From an uncultured Actinomycetes bacterium (GTDB lineage Bacteria > Actinomycetota > UBA4738 > HRBIN12), in NCBI GenBank assembly GCA_963704885.1, contig CAVPIB010000001.1, positions 864,001-928,000 on the forward strand: a stretch of DNA of 64,000 bases, read 5' to 3'. Shown here in pieces: positions 40,687 to 51,009 of the stretch (position 1 is its first letter; the number at the start of each line of letters is the position of its first letter). The translations under genes were made by a program, and so were the position numbers. Under the pieces are notes generated by a model that did not search any database, was not told where the DNA came from, and worked only from the letters and a program-made list of their open reading frames with translations.

Positions 40687-42291
40687 CTATAGAGGGATGT
40701 TCCCGTGCTTGCGGGCGGGCACGTTCTCGCGCTTGGTCGAGAGCATCCGGAGCGACTGGATCAGTCGCTTGCGCGTCTCGGCCGGTTCGATGACGTCGTC
40801 GATGAAGCCTCGCTCGGCGGCCGCGTACGGCGTGGAGAACTTCGAGCGGTACTCCTCGATCAGCTGGCCGCGTTTGGTGGCGGCATCGGGGGCCCGGTCG
40901 ATCTCCTTGCGGAAGACGATGTTCACTGCGCCCTCGGCTCCCATCACCGCGATCTCGGCCGTCGGCCACGCGAACGCCACATCGGCGCGCAGGTGCTTCG
41001 AGTTCATGACCACGTACGCGCCGCCGTAGGCCTTGCGGGTGATGACCGTCATCCGCGGCACGGTGGCCTCGGCGAACGAGTACAGGAGCTTCGCGCCGTG
41101 GCGGATGATCCCGCCGTACTCCTGCGTCTTGCCTGGCAGGAACCCCGGGACGTCCACGAACGTGAGGAGCGGGATGTTGAACGCGTCGCAGAACCTCACG
41201 AAGCGAGACGCCTTCTCGCTGGCGTCGATGTCCAGCGTGCCGCCCAGCACTTTCGGCTGGTTGGCCACGATGCCGACGGAGCGTCCGTCCAGCCGCGCCA
41301 GCCCGATCACCATGTTCATGGCCCAGAAGGGGAAGATCTCCAGGAACTCGCCGTCGTCCACGACGCGCCGGATCACCTCGTGCATGTCGTATGGCTCTTT
41401 GGCGCGGTCGGGGATGATGTGCGTCAGGCCTTCGTCCAGACGGTCGGGGTCGTCCGTCGTGGCGTAGGCCGGTGGATCCTCCAGGTTGTTCGATGGCAGG
41501 AACGAGAGCAGGTACCGAACGCGCTGTAGCACGTCCTCGTCGTCCTCGCCGATGAACGACGCGACCCCCGAGATGCTGGCATGCGTCATGGCGCCGCCCA
41601 GCTCCTCGAACGTGACCTCCTCGCCCGTGACGGTCTTGATCACGTCCGGGCCGGTGATGAACATGTGCGAAGACTCCTTGACCATGAACGTGAAGTCCGT
41701 GATGGCAGGGGAGTAGACGGCGCCCCCCGCACATGGGCCCATGATCACGCTGATCTGCGGGATCACGCCGGAGGAGCGCACGTTGCGCTCGAAGATGTGG
41801 CCGTAGCCAGCGAGTGAGGCCGCGCCTTCCTGGATCCGCGCGCCTCCCGAGTCGTTGATCTGGATGAACGGCGCGCCCGTCTGCGTGGCCAGGTCCATGA
41901 CCTTGCACACCTTCTGCGCCATGACCTCGCCCATGGATCCGCCGAATACCGTGAAGTCCTGCGAGGCCACGAACACCTTGCGTCCGTCGATCGTGCCGAA
42001 CCCCGTGACGATGCCATCGCCCGGCGGTCGTTTCTTGTCCATGCCGAAGTCGTGGGCGCGGTGCACGGCGAACGGGTCGGTCTCAACGAAGGACCCCTTG
42101 TCCATGAGGATGTCCAGGCGTTCGTGGGCCGTGAGCTTGCCGCGGTCGTGCTGCTTCTTGGCCGCGTCCCGGCCGCCGGGGGTCTTGGCCGCCTTCTTCC
42201 TCCGCCGGAGATCCTCGACGCGTTCCTCGACGGTGGGCGTGCGCTCGGGTTCTTCGTTCGACCCCGATCGAGGTTTGTCGGTGGCGACCAT
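40687..42291 (-). CDS. pccB: Propionyl/acyl-CoA carboxylase beta (carboxyltransferase) subunit
   Basis: [38 protein letters not shown]. Confidence 0.93.
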   Translation of the reverse strand: MVATDKPRSGSNEEPERTPTVEERVEDLRRRKKAAKTPGGRDAAKKQHDRGKLTAHERLDILMDKGSFVETDPFAVHRAHDFGMDKKRPPGDGIVTGFGTIDGRKVFVASQDFTVFGGSMGEVMAQKVCKVMDLATQTGAPFIQINDSGGARIQEGAASLAGYGHIFERNVRSSGVIPQISVIMGPCAGGAVYSPAITDFTFMVKESSHMFITGPDVIKTVTGEEVTFEELGGAMTHASISGVASFIGEDDEDVLQRVRYLLSFLPSNNLEDPPAYATTDDPDRLDEGLTHIIPDRAKEPYDMHEVIRRVVDDGEFLEIFPFWAMNMVIGLARLDGRSVGIVANQPKVLGGTLDIDASEKASRFVRFCDAFNIPLLTFVDVPGFLPGKTQEYGGIIRHGAKLLYSFAEATVPRMTVITRKAYGGAYVVMNSKHLRADVAFAWPTAEIAVMGAEGAVNIVFRKEIDRAPDAATKRGQLIEEYRSKFSTPYAAAERGFIDDVIEPAETRKRLIQSLRMLSTKRENVPARKHGNIPL

Positions 42292-42335
42292 CAGCGCAGT
42301 CTAGCCCCGGCCTAGAAGGTCCACGCGGGATGGCC

Positions 42336-42809
42336 TCAGCAGCCGACGCCCGCCCAGGGCCCCCAGCCGTCCTCGTTCGCCATTCGGATGGTGACGATGG
42401 TGTTGGTACGGCCGTTGAGCGCGCTGCGCTTGAGCTCCCAGTACGGCCTGGTCCACTCGTCGTAACGGTCCGACCAGGCCTCGGCGCTGTGCTGGAACAA
42501 CCCCAGGTATTGACCGGTAGGCGAGCTGGCCCACGGGATCAGGCCGCTCTCCCGCTCTGCGATGCAGATCGCCTTCTCGGCGCCGCCCGGCACGGGCCAC
42601 TTGTGGGTGGCGCACGTGATGATCCGGACGACCAGATCCTGCACGGCCTCACCCTCGAGCCGATCGAGCGCGCACGGTCCGGGAACGCGAGCCGTACCCG
42701 ACTTGCCACCGGCGGGGCTGGCAGCCGCGGGTCCTGAGACGAGCAGCGATACCGCGATCGACGCGCCGATCAGGGCGGCGATCGTGGTCTTGATCCGGTT
42801 CTGCCTCAT
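42336..42809 (-). CDS. Small secreted lysozyme-like/lytic transglycosylase protein
   Basis: Signal peptide, CIAERESG, GLFQ, GWGPW. Confidence 0.7.
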   Translation of the reverse strand: MRQNRIKTTIAALIGASIAVSLLVSGPAAASPAGGKSGTARVPGPCALDRLEGEAVQDLVVRIITCATHKWPVPGGAEKAICIAERESGLIPWASSPTGQYLGLFQHSAEAWSDRYDEWTRPYWELKRSALNGRTNTIVTIRMANEDGWGPWAGVGC

Positions 42810-42934
42810 GCTCGTTCCCCGGTCTCGAGACAACGCGGTACCAGCCGGTAGGGAAGGGAGGGGCCGCGTCGCGGTCCCACGACCGTAGCATCGGAGGCCC
42901 GGATCCGTCGAACCGGTGACGAACGCCTGTTCGG

Positions 42935-43486
42935 TCAGACCTCCACGCGGCCACCACTCCGCCAGTACTCGCCGTGCTCCCTGTCCAAGAACCCCCCGTC
43001 CACCAAGTACCGACGAAGGGCGGCGTGGTCGTTGAAGAACCGGCCCACGATCGCGTTCACCTCGCGCTCGGGGTAGCGGACGCCGGGCTCGAACTCGAGC
43101 GCGATCCGCTCCAGGACGATCCGACGCTTCGTCTCCTTGGCGGGGATCTCCGTCAGGCGGCCGTCGCGGAAGAACGTCCTCAGAACGGTTTCCTCGTCAT
43201 CGCTGGCCGCGCCCAGCGCCAGACCGGCGTCGCGGGGGGGCCCGACCTGCTCGGCGGCCCATCGGAGCGTCTCGGGGTCAAGGCGGTAGGTGTGCCGATC
43301 GGGCTCCAAGCGGACCACGCCTGTAGAGAGCAGGCGGTTGAGGTGCTTACGCACCCGGGCGACCGTCAGCCCGAGCGCTTCGGCGAGCGTTGCCGCCGTG
43401 TGCACCTGGTGGGCGAGCGCGCCGGCGATCGCCAACCGCTCTGGGTCGGCCAGCGCACGCAGGATCTCGTCGGGGGTCTCGGCCAT
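42935..43486 (-). CDS. ArsR-like HTH + DUF2087 protein
   Basis: ALADPERL; FEPGVRYPEREVN, DHAALRRYLVD. Confidence 0.85.
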   Translation of the reverse strand: MAETPDEILRALADPERLAIAGALAHQVHTAATLAEALGLTVARVRKHLNRLLSTGVVRLEPDRHTYRLDPETLRWAAEQVGPPRDAGLALGAASDDEETVLRTFFRDGRLTEIPAKETKRRIVLERIALEFEPGVRYPEREVNAIVGRFFNDHAALRRYLVDGGFLDREHGEYWRSGGRVEV

Positions 43487-43513
43487 GTCGGCTCCTATCC
43501 CTACCATGCAGGG

Positions 43514-44434
43514 ATGCAGCTCACCGACCCGCAACGGCGGACGCTCGAACAGCTGATCGGCACCGACGCTCGACCCTCTTTCTCCACGGACCTCCCTCAA
43601 CGCCTCCGAGACCGGATCGAGGAGGCGGTCCGCGAGCTCGAACTGCCCGACACGCTCTGGCTGGGCAAGGAGAAGCTCACGGACCACGGGCGCTGCGAGG
43701 GGAAGTTCGCCGCCGCTATATCGGGAGAGGCGCCGCCGTTCGAACACTCCACGAAGAGCGCAGCGGGTGTGCTCTCACACCGCGCTATCGAGGTGGAGGT
43801 AGGTGCACGCGACGAGCTGGACGCCCATTCGATCGCGGCCATCGCCGCGGACCGGCTCGTCGAGCGCGAGGAGCGGTTCGCCGAGTATTGGCGGGGCCTG
43901 GATCCCACGGCGCAGGACGAGGTGCTGATGGAGGTCGTCCGGCGAGTGACGATGTTCCAGGCTTCGTTCCCTCCGCTCAAGGATCTGCGCCGGGAGTTGA
44001 CGCCCGTCCCCGAGCTGTCGGTGAAGGCCGAGCTGCTGGGCGGAGCGCTCATCTTGTCGGGCCGGATCGATCTGGTGCTGGGAGCTCCGGATCGCCTCGA
44101 CCCCGGGCGCGCCACGCGCCTGGTCATCGACCTGAAGACGGGTGGCGCGTACCCCGAGTACCCGGAGGATCTCCGGTACTACGCGCTGCTCATGACGCTG
44201 CGGTTCGGAGTTCCGCCTTATCGCGTGGCGTCGCTGTTCCTCGAGAGCGGGGAGTGGCAGGCAGAGGACATCGCCGAACAGGCACTGCAGCATGCGGCCG
44301 ACCGGGTGATCGCGGCGGCCCGCGCTGCGGCGGCTCTCGGGAACGGCCGCGAGCCCGAGCTCAGCCCGGGCGTCTATTGCGGCTGGTGCCCCCGAGCCGA
44401 GACCTGCCCGGTCGCCCAGATCTCTCCTGCCTAG
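43514..44434 (+). CDS. PD-(D/E)XK nuclease (RecB/AddB/Cas4-like) with 4-Cys motif
   Basis: GRIDL, IDLKTG, N-terminal C plus CGWCPRAETC. Confidence 0.82.
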   Translation: MQLTDPQRRTLEQLIGTDARPSFSTDLPQRLRDRIEEAVRELELPDTLWLGKEKLTDHGRCEGKFAAAISGEAPPFEHSTKSAAGVLSHRAIEVEVGARDELDAHSIAAIAADRLVEREERFAEYWRGLDPTAQDEVLMEVVRRVTMFQASFPPLKDLRRELTPVPELSVKAELLGGALILSGRIDLVLGAPDRLDPGRATRLVIDLKTGGAYPEYPEDLRYYALLMTLRFGVPPYRVASLFLESGEWQAEDIAEQALQHAADRVIAAARAAAALGNGREPELSPGVYCGWCPRAETCPVAQISPA

Positions 44435-44496
44435 CCGACGCTCACGCTTGCTAGGGTTCTTCCGATCGTTCGACGGACCCGAAGGGTGATACCCCC

Positions 44497-45738
44497 ATGA
44501 GCAAGGAACTGTTGAAGATCGGCGAACTGCCGCCGATCGGCGAGGTGCCCGCGAAGATGCACGCGCAGCTGGTGCGGCCCGACCGGTTCGGTGAGCCATC
44601 GACTGCCATCCGGGATGAGGTGATAGACGTCCCCGAGCTCGGTCCGCTTGACGCGCTGGTGATGGTGATGGCCGGTGGTGTGAATTTCAATAACGTCTGG
44701 GCCGCAAGGGGTATGCCGGTCGATGTCACCAAGACCCAGGCGCGCTGGGGCGAGCCGACCGACTTCCATATCGTGGGCTCGGACGCCAGCGGCGTCGTAT
44801 ACGCCGTGGGCTCGGACGTGACGAACGTGGAGGTCGGCGACCGGGTCGTGGTCCACGCCGGCCAGTGGGATCCCGACGACCCGAAGGTGCTCGCCGGAGG
44901 GGACCCGGGCCTCGCCGATTCGTTCCGCGTCTGGGGCTACGACACGTGTTGGGGGTCGTTCGCGCAGTTCTGCAAGGTGCAGGCGCACCAGTGCCTGCCG
45001 AAGGCCGAGCACCTGACGTGGGAGGAGGCCGCCGCGCCCACCCTCACGGGGGCGACCGCCTACCGCATGCTCTTCGGCTGGCCGCCGAACACGGTCCAAC
45101 CCGGCGACGTCGTGCTGGTCTGGGGCGGTTCGGGAGGGCTCGGCTCGCTCGCGATCCAGTTGGTGGCCAACGCGGAGGGCAAGGCGGTTGCGGTGGTGTC
45201 GAGTGAAGAGAAGGGCGAGTTCTGCAAGACGCTCGGCGCGGTCGGCTACATCAACCGGAAGGACTTCACCCACTGGGGCGTGCCCCCGGCGTGGGACTCG
45301 CCGGAGTGGAGGACGTGGTTCGACGGAGCCAAGGCATTCGGCAAGGCGATCTGGGATGTCCTGGGCGAACGCAAGAGCCCACAGATCGTGTTCGAGCACC
45401 CGGCTCAGGACACCGTGCCCACCTCGAACTTCGTGTGCGATCGCGGCGGCATGATCGTGATCTGCGCGGGCACCAGCGGCTACGACACCATGATCGACGT
45501 CCGCTACCTCTGGTTCATGCAGAAGCGCTACCAGGGCTCGCACCTGTTCAACGACGAGCAGGCCGCCGCGTTCAACCAGATGGTGATCGACCGCAAGATC
45601 AAGACGACTCTGGGCGAGACCTACGGGTACGACCAGGTCGCGCACGTCCACCAGCTGATGGGGGACGGCCAGCTGCCGGAGGGCAACGTGGCAGTCCTGG
45701 TCCAGGCTCCCGAACAAGGGTTGACCGACCTGCCCTGA
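44497..45738 (+). CDS. ccr: Crotonyl-CoA carboxylase/reductase family enoyl-CoA reductase
   Basis: GVNFNNVW, HIVGSDASG, WGSFAQF, WGGSGGLG, RYLWFMQKRYQGSH. Confidence 0.88.
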   Translation: MSKELLKIGELPPIGEVPAKMHAQLVRPDRFGEPSTAIRDEVIDVPELGPLDALVMVMAGGVNFNNVWAARGMPVDVTKTQARWGEPTDFHIVGSDASGVVYAVGSDVTNVEVGDRVVVHAGQWDPDDPKVLAGGDPGLADSFRVWGYDTCWGSFAQFCKVQAHQCLPKAEHLTWEEAAAPTLTGATAYRMLFGWPPNTVQPGDVVLVWGGSGGLGSLAIQLVANAEGKAVAVVSSEEKGEFCKTLGAVGYINRKDFTHWGVPPAWDSPEWRTWFDGAKAFGKAIWDVLGERKSPQIVFEHPAQDTVPTSNFVCDRGGMIVICAGTSGYDTMIDVRYLWFMQKRYQGSHLFNDEQAAAFNQMVIDRKIKTTLGETYGYDQVAHVHQLMGDGQLPEGNVAVLVQAPEQGLTDLP

Positions 45739-45780
45739 TCTCCGCGCGGTGCGTCGCCACACGGGGGTGCGAGTCGTTCC

Positions 45781-46188
45781 CTAGGGTTCCTGCACCAGTT
45801 CCACCAGCACGCCGCCCATGCTCTTGGGGTGGACGAATGCGATGAGCGTTCCCCGCGATCCCGGTCGAGGCGCCTCGTCGACCAGGCGCGCGTCGTCCGC
45901 GCGGAGCGCGTCGAGCGCCGCGGCCACATCGTCCACCCGGTAGGCGACGTGGTGCATGCCCGCCCCGCGCGCGGCCACGAACCGCCCGACGGGCGTGTCC
46001 GGCGCCAAGGCACCCAGCAGTTGGATGAACGACTCGCCGACCGGGAACAGCACCTCTTCGACCCCTTGATCCTCCACGCGCTCGCGGTGCGTCGGCTCCA
46101 CGCCGAGCGCGCGGCGGTACAACTCGACCGCCTCGTCCAGATCGTCGACCGCGATCCCGATGTGATCGATCGCCGTGGGGTCGATCAC
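45781..46188 (-). CDS. mce: Methylmalonyl-CoA epimerase (VOC family)
   Basis: DHIGIAV, GMHHVAY, FVHPK..GGVLVEL. Confidence 0.9.
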   Translation of the reverse strand: MIDPTAIDHIGIAVDDLDEAVELYRRALGVEPTHRERVEDQGVEEVLFPVGESFIQLLGALAPDTPVGRFVAARGAGMHHVAYRVDDVAAALDALRADDARLVDEAPRPGSRGTLIAFVHPKSMGGVLVELVQEP

Positions 46189-46571
46189 ATCCGGCCTCCG
46201 TGATCAGGCTGCATCCGCGCGACCAGATCCATCGCTTCGGTCAGGTGGTAGGCGGGGAGCGTCAATGCCCGCGTCACGGCGGCGACGCCGAGCGCGCGGA
46301 GGTCTTCTTCGGCTTTCGAGCCGGGGGCGTCCGCGACCGGTGCCTCCAGCACGTAGAACTCGATCAATTCAAGGAACTGGGGGAGCGAGGGGACCAGGCC
46401 GCCACCCCCGCGTTCGTAGGCGTAGATGGTCTGACGCGATGCTGGGCATCGCTCCACCGCGGCGGCCGATTCCGCAGATCGGTAGCCGGCCGCGCGCCGC
46501 ACATCGCGCAGCAACCCACCGATGACCTCACGGTCCCGGTCGCTGATGGGCGGGTGTTTCTTGCGGGCCAC
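46185..46571 (-). CDS. XRE-like HTH protein
   Basis: LLRDVRRAAG...SRQTIYAYERG; overlaps the mce start. Confidence 0.65.
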   Translation of the reverse strand: MARKKHPPISDRDREVIGGLLRDVRRAAGYRSAESAAAVERCPASRQTIYAYERGGGGLVPSLPQFLELIEFYVLEAPVADAPGSKAEEDLRALGVAAVTRALTLPAYHLTEAMDLVARMQPDHGGRM

Positions 46572-46776
46572 GGCACCTCTGTCCCGGTCGACGGCTCGGA
46601 CACCCTAGCGGCTCCCGGATGCGGCCGGTATCCCTTCGCCAGCGAGCCTGGTCCATCTGCCGCCCACCCTTCGGTCCCCCGTTCGGGGCCGAAGGGCCGA
46701 TTACGGGGGATGGACCTTCGTTGTAGCTTGACCGGGTGCCTCGGCAGAGGTAGCTCCCCGGCCGGAAGCGGGATCC

Positions 46777-48609
46777 TTGGACGAGAAGCATCACGCGAGC
46801 GTCGCGACGCACCTAGAGGGCTCTGCTCTGCACGCCCGGGGACGCGCCGACGTCTTCCGCCAGCGTGAACGGACCAGACGCAAGAAGGTCCTTCGCGCCC
46901 TCGTGGTGGTTGCGCTCCTGGATGGCTACCTCTGGTACCGGCTGGCCACGAACAACCCGATCCGACTGCCGGGCCTCCCGGGCGATCCGCTGATCTTCTT
47001 CCTCCCGCTGATCTTGATCCTGGCGATCGGTGCCATGGTCGCTATGCCGTTCCTGAACGGGCGCTCCCCTCACATCACGGTTCACCCCGAGCAGGTCGAG
47101 GTTGGGCTCAGCGATATCAAGGGTCTGGACGGCCAGGTCGACGAGGTCATGCGAACGCTCGACGTCTTCTTGGGGTACGCGACCTTCCGCGACGAGCTCG
47201 GTGGCACGCCGCGCCGCGGGATCCTGTTCGAGGGTCCGCCCGGCACCGGCAAGACGTATCTGGCGAAGGCCATGGCGAAGCAGGCCGGCGTTCCGTTCAT
47301 GTTCATCTCCGCGCCCGCGTTCCAATCCATGTGGTTCGGGGCGACGGCGTCGAAGATCCGTTCGTTCTTCAAGGCCCTCAGGAAGGCCGCGCGCAAGGAA
47401 GGGGGCGCGATCGGTTTCATCGAGGAGTTCGACGCGATCGGAGGATCGCGCGACACGATGGGCATGTCGCCCGCGCCGGCCGATCTCTCGCCAGGGGGGC
47501 TGTCGCGCACGGTCTCGCACATGATCTCCGGTGGGAACGGTGGCTTCGTTAACGAGCTGCTGATCCAGATGCAGTCGTTCGATCAGCCACCGTGGCGAGA
47601 CCGGGTGCGCGGGCGCATGGTCGCGTGGGTCAACACCTATCTGCCCGCGGAGCGTCAGCTCAAGAACGGGAAGCCCGCCTACAACAACATCCTGCTGATC
47701 GCGGCCACCAACCGCGGGGATTCGCTCGATCCCGCGCTGCTCCGCCCGGGACGCTTCGACCGGCGCCTGTATTTCGACCTGCCCTCCAAGCAGGAGCGGG
47801 AGGATCTGATCGATTTCTTCATGGATCGCAAGGCGCACGTCCCGGAGATGGATGAGCGATCGGCGCGCTCGCGTCTGGCGCACGATACGTTCGGCTACAC
47901 GCCGGTGATGCTGGAGCACCTCTTCGATGAGTCCCTCCTGATCTCGCTGCGCGAGGGGCGCAAGAAGATGACGCTCGACGACGTGTACGAGGCCAAGCTC
48001 ACGGACGAGATCGGCATGAAGCAGCCGGTCGTCTACACCGAAACCGATCGCGAGGCCGTGGCCACCCACGAAGCCGGGCACGCCACCGTCGCGTACTTCT
48101 TGGGGCGGGGCCGCCGCCTGGAGGTCCTATCGATCGTCAAGCGGAGAGGCTCGCTCGGGCTGCTCGCGCACGGCGACGAAGAGGAGCGCTTCACGCGGAA
48201 CAAGACCGAGGTGGAGGCGGGGATCGCGATCGCTCTGGGCGGCCTGGTCGCCGAGGAGCTCTGTCTGGGGGAGAGCGGGACGGGTCCGGCCTCGGACCTG
48301 GCGGCTGCTACCGGGTTGGCGGCACAGATGGTCGGGTCGTTCGGCATGGCGGGTTCGCTGATCAGCTACGACGCGATCGCCCAAGGCGCCGTGAGCCAGA
48401 CGAACCTGGTCGCGAAGGTTCTGGGGGATGGCGACGGGAAGCAGCGGGTGGAAGACATCCTGGAAGCTCAGCGGGCTCGTGTCCGCGAGGTGCTCGAGGA
48501 GAACCAGGACGTGCACGCGGCGCTTCGCGACGCGCTGATCGCACGCGACGAGCTGGTCCGCGACGACATCCTCGAGGTCATCGAGAAGGCCCTCGCCAAC
48601 CGCAACTGA
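46777..48609 (+). CDS. FtsH-like AAA+ zinc protease paralog
   Basis: Two TMs, GPPGTGKT, AATNR..LDPALLRPGRFDR, HEAGH. Confidence 0.87.
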   Translation: MDEKHHASVATHLEGSALHARGRADVFRQRERTRRKKVLRALVVVALLDGYLWYRLATNNPIRLPGLPGDPLIFFLPLILILAIGAMVAMPFLNGRSPHITVHPEQVEVGLSDIKGLDGQVDEVMRTLDVFLGYATFRDELGGTPRRGILFEGPPGTGKTYLAKAMAKQAGVPFMFISAPAFQSMWFGATASKIRSFFKALRKAARKEGGAIGFIEEFDAIGGSRDTMGMSPAPADLSPGGLSRTVSHMISGGNGGFVNELLIQMQSFDQPPWRDRVRGRMVAWVNTYLPAERQLKNGKPAYNNILLIAATNRGDSLDPALLRPGRFDRRLYFDLPSKQEREDLIDFFMDRKAHVPEMDERSARSRLAHDTFGYTPVMLEHLFDESLLISLREGRKKMTLDDVYEAKLTDEIGMKQPVVYTETDREAVATHEAGHATVAYFLGRGRRLEVLSIVKRRGSLGLLAHGDEEERFTRNKTEVEAGIAIALGGLVAEELCLGESGTGPASDLAAATGLAAQMVGSFGMAGSLISYDAIAQGAVSQTNLVAKVLGDGDGKQRVEDILEAQRARVREVLEENQDVHAALRDALIARDELVRDDILEVIEKALANRN

Positions 48610-48652
48610 AGCTGGCTCAGGCCGCCAGGTGGCGCGACGGTAGACTCGGTCC

Positions 48653-49837
48653 ATGACGCGGTCGGTCATCGTCGCGGGCGCCCGGACCCCGATCGGGAAG
48701 TTCCGGGGAGCGCTCGCGGGCTTCGCAGCCGTCGATCTCGGTGCTTTCGCCATCCGCGCGGCGCTCGAACGCTCCGGCGTGGCTCCCGAGCAGGTCGAGT
48801 ACGTGATCATGGGCCACGTGATCCAGGCTGGAACCGGCCAGATCACGGCACGCCAGGCCGCCGTGGGCGCGGGCATCCCGAAGGAGGTCCCAGCGATCAC
48901 CGTGAACAAGGTCTGCCTCTCGGGCCTGTCGGCGATCGCCATCGCCGATCAGATGATCCGCGCGGGCGAGCTGGAGATCGCGGTCGCGGGGGGGATGGAG
49001 TCCATGACCAATGCTCCGTTCCTGATCCCGAAGGCCCGGGATGGCTCGCGCCTGGGAGACACCCCGATGCTCGACTCCATGCTCCACGACGGCCTGTGGT
49101 CCAGCTTCCACGACCACCACATGGGTGAGGGCACCGATCTCGTGAGCGACGAGCTCAAGCTCGGTCGCGAGGAGCAAGACGTCTGGTCCGAGCGCTCGCA
49201 TCTGCGAGCGTCGGACGCGTGGGACGCCGGCCGTCTGGCCGAGGAGGTAGTGCCGGTCGAGGTCCCCCAGCGCAAGGGTGACCCGGTCGTGTTCGATCGG
49301 GACGAGGGGATCAGGCCGGACACGACGCTGGCGGCGCTCGCGGCGCTCAAGCCCGCCTTCAGCGATCAGGGCACGGTCACGGCCGGCAACGCGTCGCAGA
49401 TCTCCGACGGAGCAGCCGCGTGGTCGTCAGCCAGCGAGGAGGCCGCCGAGCGCCTCGGCCTCCATCCGATCGCGCAGATCTCGGGATACGGTATGTCGGC
49501 CGACCGGTACCCATCGCTGCAAACGGTGCCGGCGCTCGCGATCCAGGCGGCGCTCAAACGCGCGGATCTGGACGTCTCCGATCTGGGCTTGGTGGAGATC
49601 AACGAGGCGTTCGCGGCGGTCGCGGTGCACGCGTCGAGGATGCTCGGGTTGGACGAGGACATCGTGAACGTGAACGGCGGCGCGATCGCGTTGGGCCATC
49701 CGATCGGCGCGAGCGGCGCCCGGCTGGTCCTGACCCTGGCCCACGAGATGCGCCGGCGCGAGGTGGATCTGGGCGCGGCCGCACTCTGCGGCGGCGGGGG
49801 ACAGGGCGACGCGCTGATCATCCGGCGAGTAGTCTGA
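48653..49837 (+). CDS. Acetyl-CoA C-acetyltransferase (thiolase)
   Basis: NKVCLSG, NEAFA, GHPIGASG, CGGGG. Confidence 0.93.
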   Translation: MTRSVIVAGARTPIGKFRGALAGFAAVDLGAFAIRAALERSGVAPEQVEYVIMGHVIQAGTGQITARQAAVGAGIPKEVPAITVNKVCLSGLSAIAIADQMIRAGELEIAVAGGMESMTNAPFLIPKARDGSRLGDTPMLDSMLHDGLWSSFHDHHMGEGTDLVSDELKLGREEQDVWSERSHLRASDAWDAGRLAEEVVPVEVPQRKGDPVVFDRDEGIRPDTTLAALAALKPAFSDQGTVTAGNASQISDGAAAWSSASEEAAERLGLHPIAQISGYGMSADRYPSLQTVPALAIQAALKRADLDVSDLGLVEINEAFAAVAVHASRMLGLDEDIVNVNGGAIALGHPIGASGARLVLTLAHEMRRREVDLGAAALCGGGGQGDALIIRRVV

Positions 49838-49846
49838 GGCGGACTA

Positions 49847-51007
49847 GTGGCGGACGACCGACGATACGAGCTACCGGAGGAGCTGGAGGAGTTCCGTGCG
49901 CTCGTGCGGCAGATCGCGGAAGACAAGATCGCGCCGCGTGCCGCTGAGATCGACGAGACGGATGAATGGCCCGAGGACATCTACGACGTCCTGGTGAAGA
50001 ACGACCTGATGGGCGTGGGCTACCCAGAGGCCGACGGCGGATCGGGCGGGGGAGCGCTGGCGTTCGGCGTCTTGATCGAGGAGCTGTCCAGGGTCTCGGC
50101 CGGCGTGGCGCTCACGCCGATCGTGTCGAAGCTCGGCGCGATCCCGCTGATGCTGGCGGGGACCGAGGAGCAGCGTCGGTCCATGATCGGCGCCATCTGT
50201 CGCGGCGAGGTCCTGATGTCCTACGCGCTGACCGAGGCCGGCGCCGGCTCGGATGCGGCGGCCATGCTCACCCGCTACGAGCGCAGCGACGACGGCTTCG
50301 TCCTGAACGGGACCAAGCGGTTCATAACCGGGGCGGGTGTGTCGCACGCCTACGTGGTGTTCGCCACGAGCGATCCGTCGCTGCGGAGCAAGGGCATCTC
50401 GGCGTTCCTGGTGATGCGCGACGACCCCGGCGTCTCGTTCGGCAAGCCCGAGAAGAAGATGGGTATCAAGGGCTCGCCGACTCGCGAGGTGATCCTGGAG
50501 GATTGCCGGATCCCGGCGGACCGGCTGATCGGAGCCGAGGGCGAGGGGTTCTCGATCGCCATGCGAACGCTCGATCACTCGCGTCCCGTGATCGCGGCGC
50601 AGGCGGTGGGGATCGCGCAGGGAGCGTTGGATCTGGCGGTCGCCTACGGCAGCGAGCGCAAGCAGTTCGGCGAGCGGATCGTCGACTTCGAGGGGATCAA
50701 GTTCATGTTGGCGGACATGGCCATGAAGCTTGAGGCGTCGCGCGTGCTGACGTACCGGGCGCTCACGGCGATCGACGCCGGCGACCCGCGCTCGAGCTAT
50801 CACTCCAGCATCGCTAAGTGCTTCGCGTCGGACGCCGCCATGGCCATCACCACCGACGCCGTGCAGATCCTGGGCGGCTACGGTTACGTGAAGGAGTACC
50901 CGGCCGAGCGGTTCATGCGGGACGCCAAGATCACCCAGATCTACGAGGGAACGAACCAGATCCAACGTCTGGTGATCGCGCGGGAGCTGTTGAAGCTACT
51001 GGACTAG
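49847..51007 (+). CDS. Acyl-CoA dehydrogenase (short-chain type)
   Basis: ALTEAGAGSD, NGTKRFIT, GGYGY, IYEGTNQIQ. Confidence 0.93.
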   Translation: MADDRRYELPEELEEFRALVRQIAEDKIAPRAAEIDETDEWPEDIYDVLVKNDLMGVGYPEADGGSGGGALAFGVLIEELSRVSAGVALTPIVSKLGAIPLMLAGTEEQRRSMIGAICRGEVLMSYALTEAGAGSDAAAMLTRYERSDDGFVLNGTKRFITGAGVSHAYVVFATSDPSLRSKGISAFLVMRDDPGVSFGKPEKKMGIKGSPTREVILEDCRIPADRLIGAEGEGFSIAMRTLDHSRPVIAAQAVGIAQGALDLAVAYGSERKQFGERIVDFEGIKFMLADMAMKLEASRVLTYRALTAIDAGDPRSSYHSSIAKCFASDAAMAITTDAVQILGGYGYVKEYPAERFMRDAKITQIYEGTNQIQRLVIARELLKLLD

Positions 51008-51009
51008 CG

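Noticed and set aside
42810-42934. c-di-AMP (ydaO) riboswitch upstream of the cell-wall hydrolase
   Set aside because: Conserved GCTGAATCC and GGAACGGGG elements not seen
43514-44434. CRISPR-Cas locus
   Set aside because: No other cas genes or array in the window
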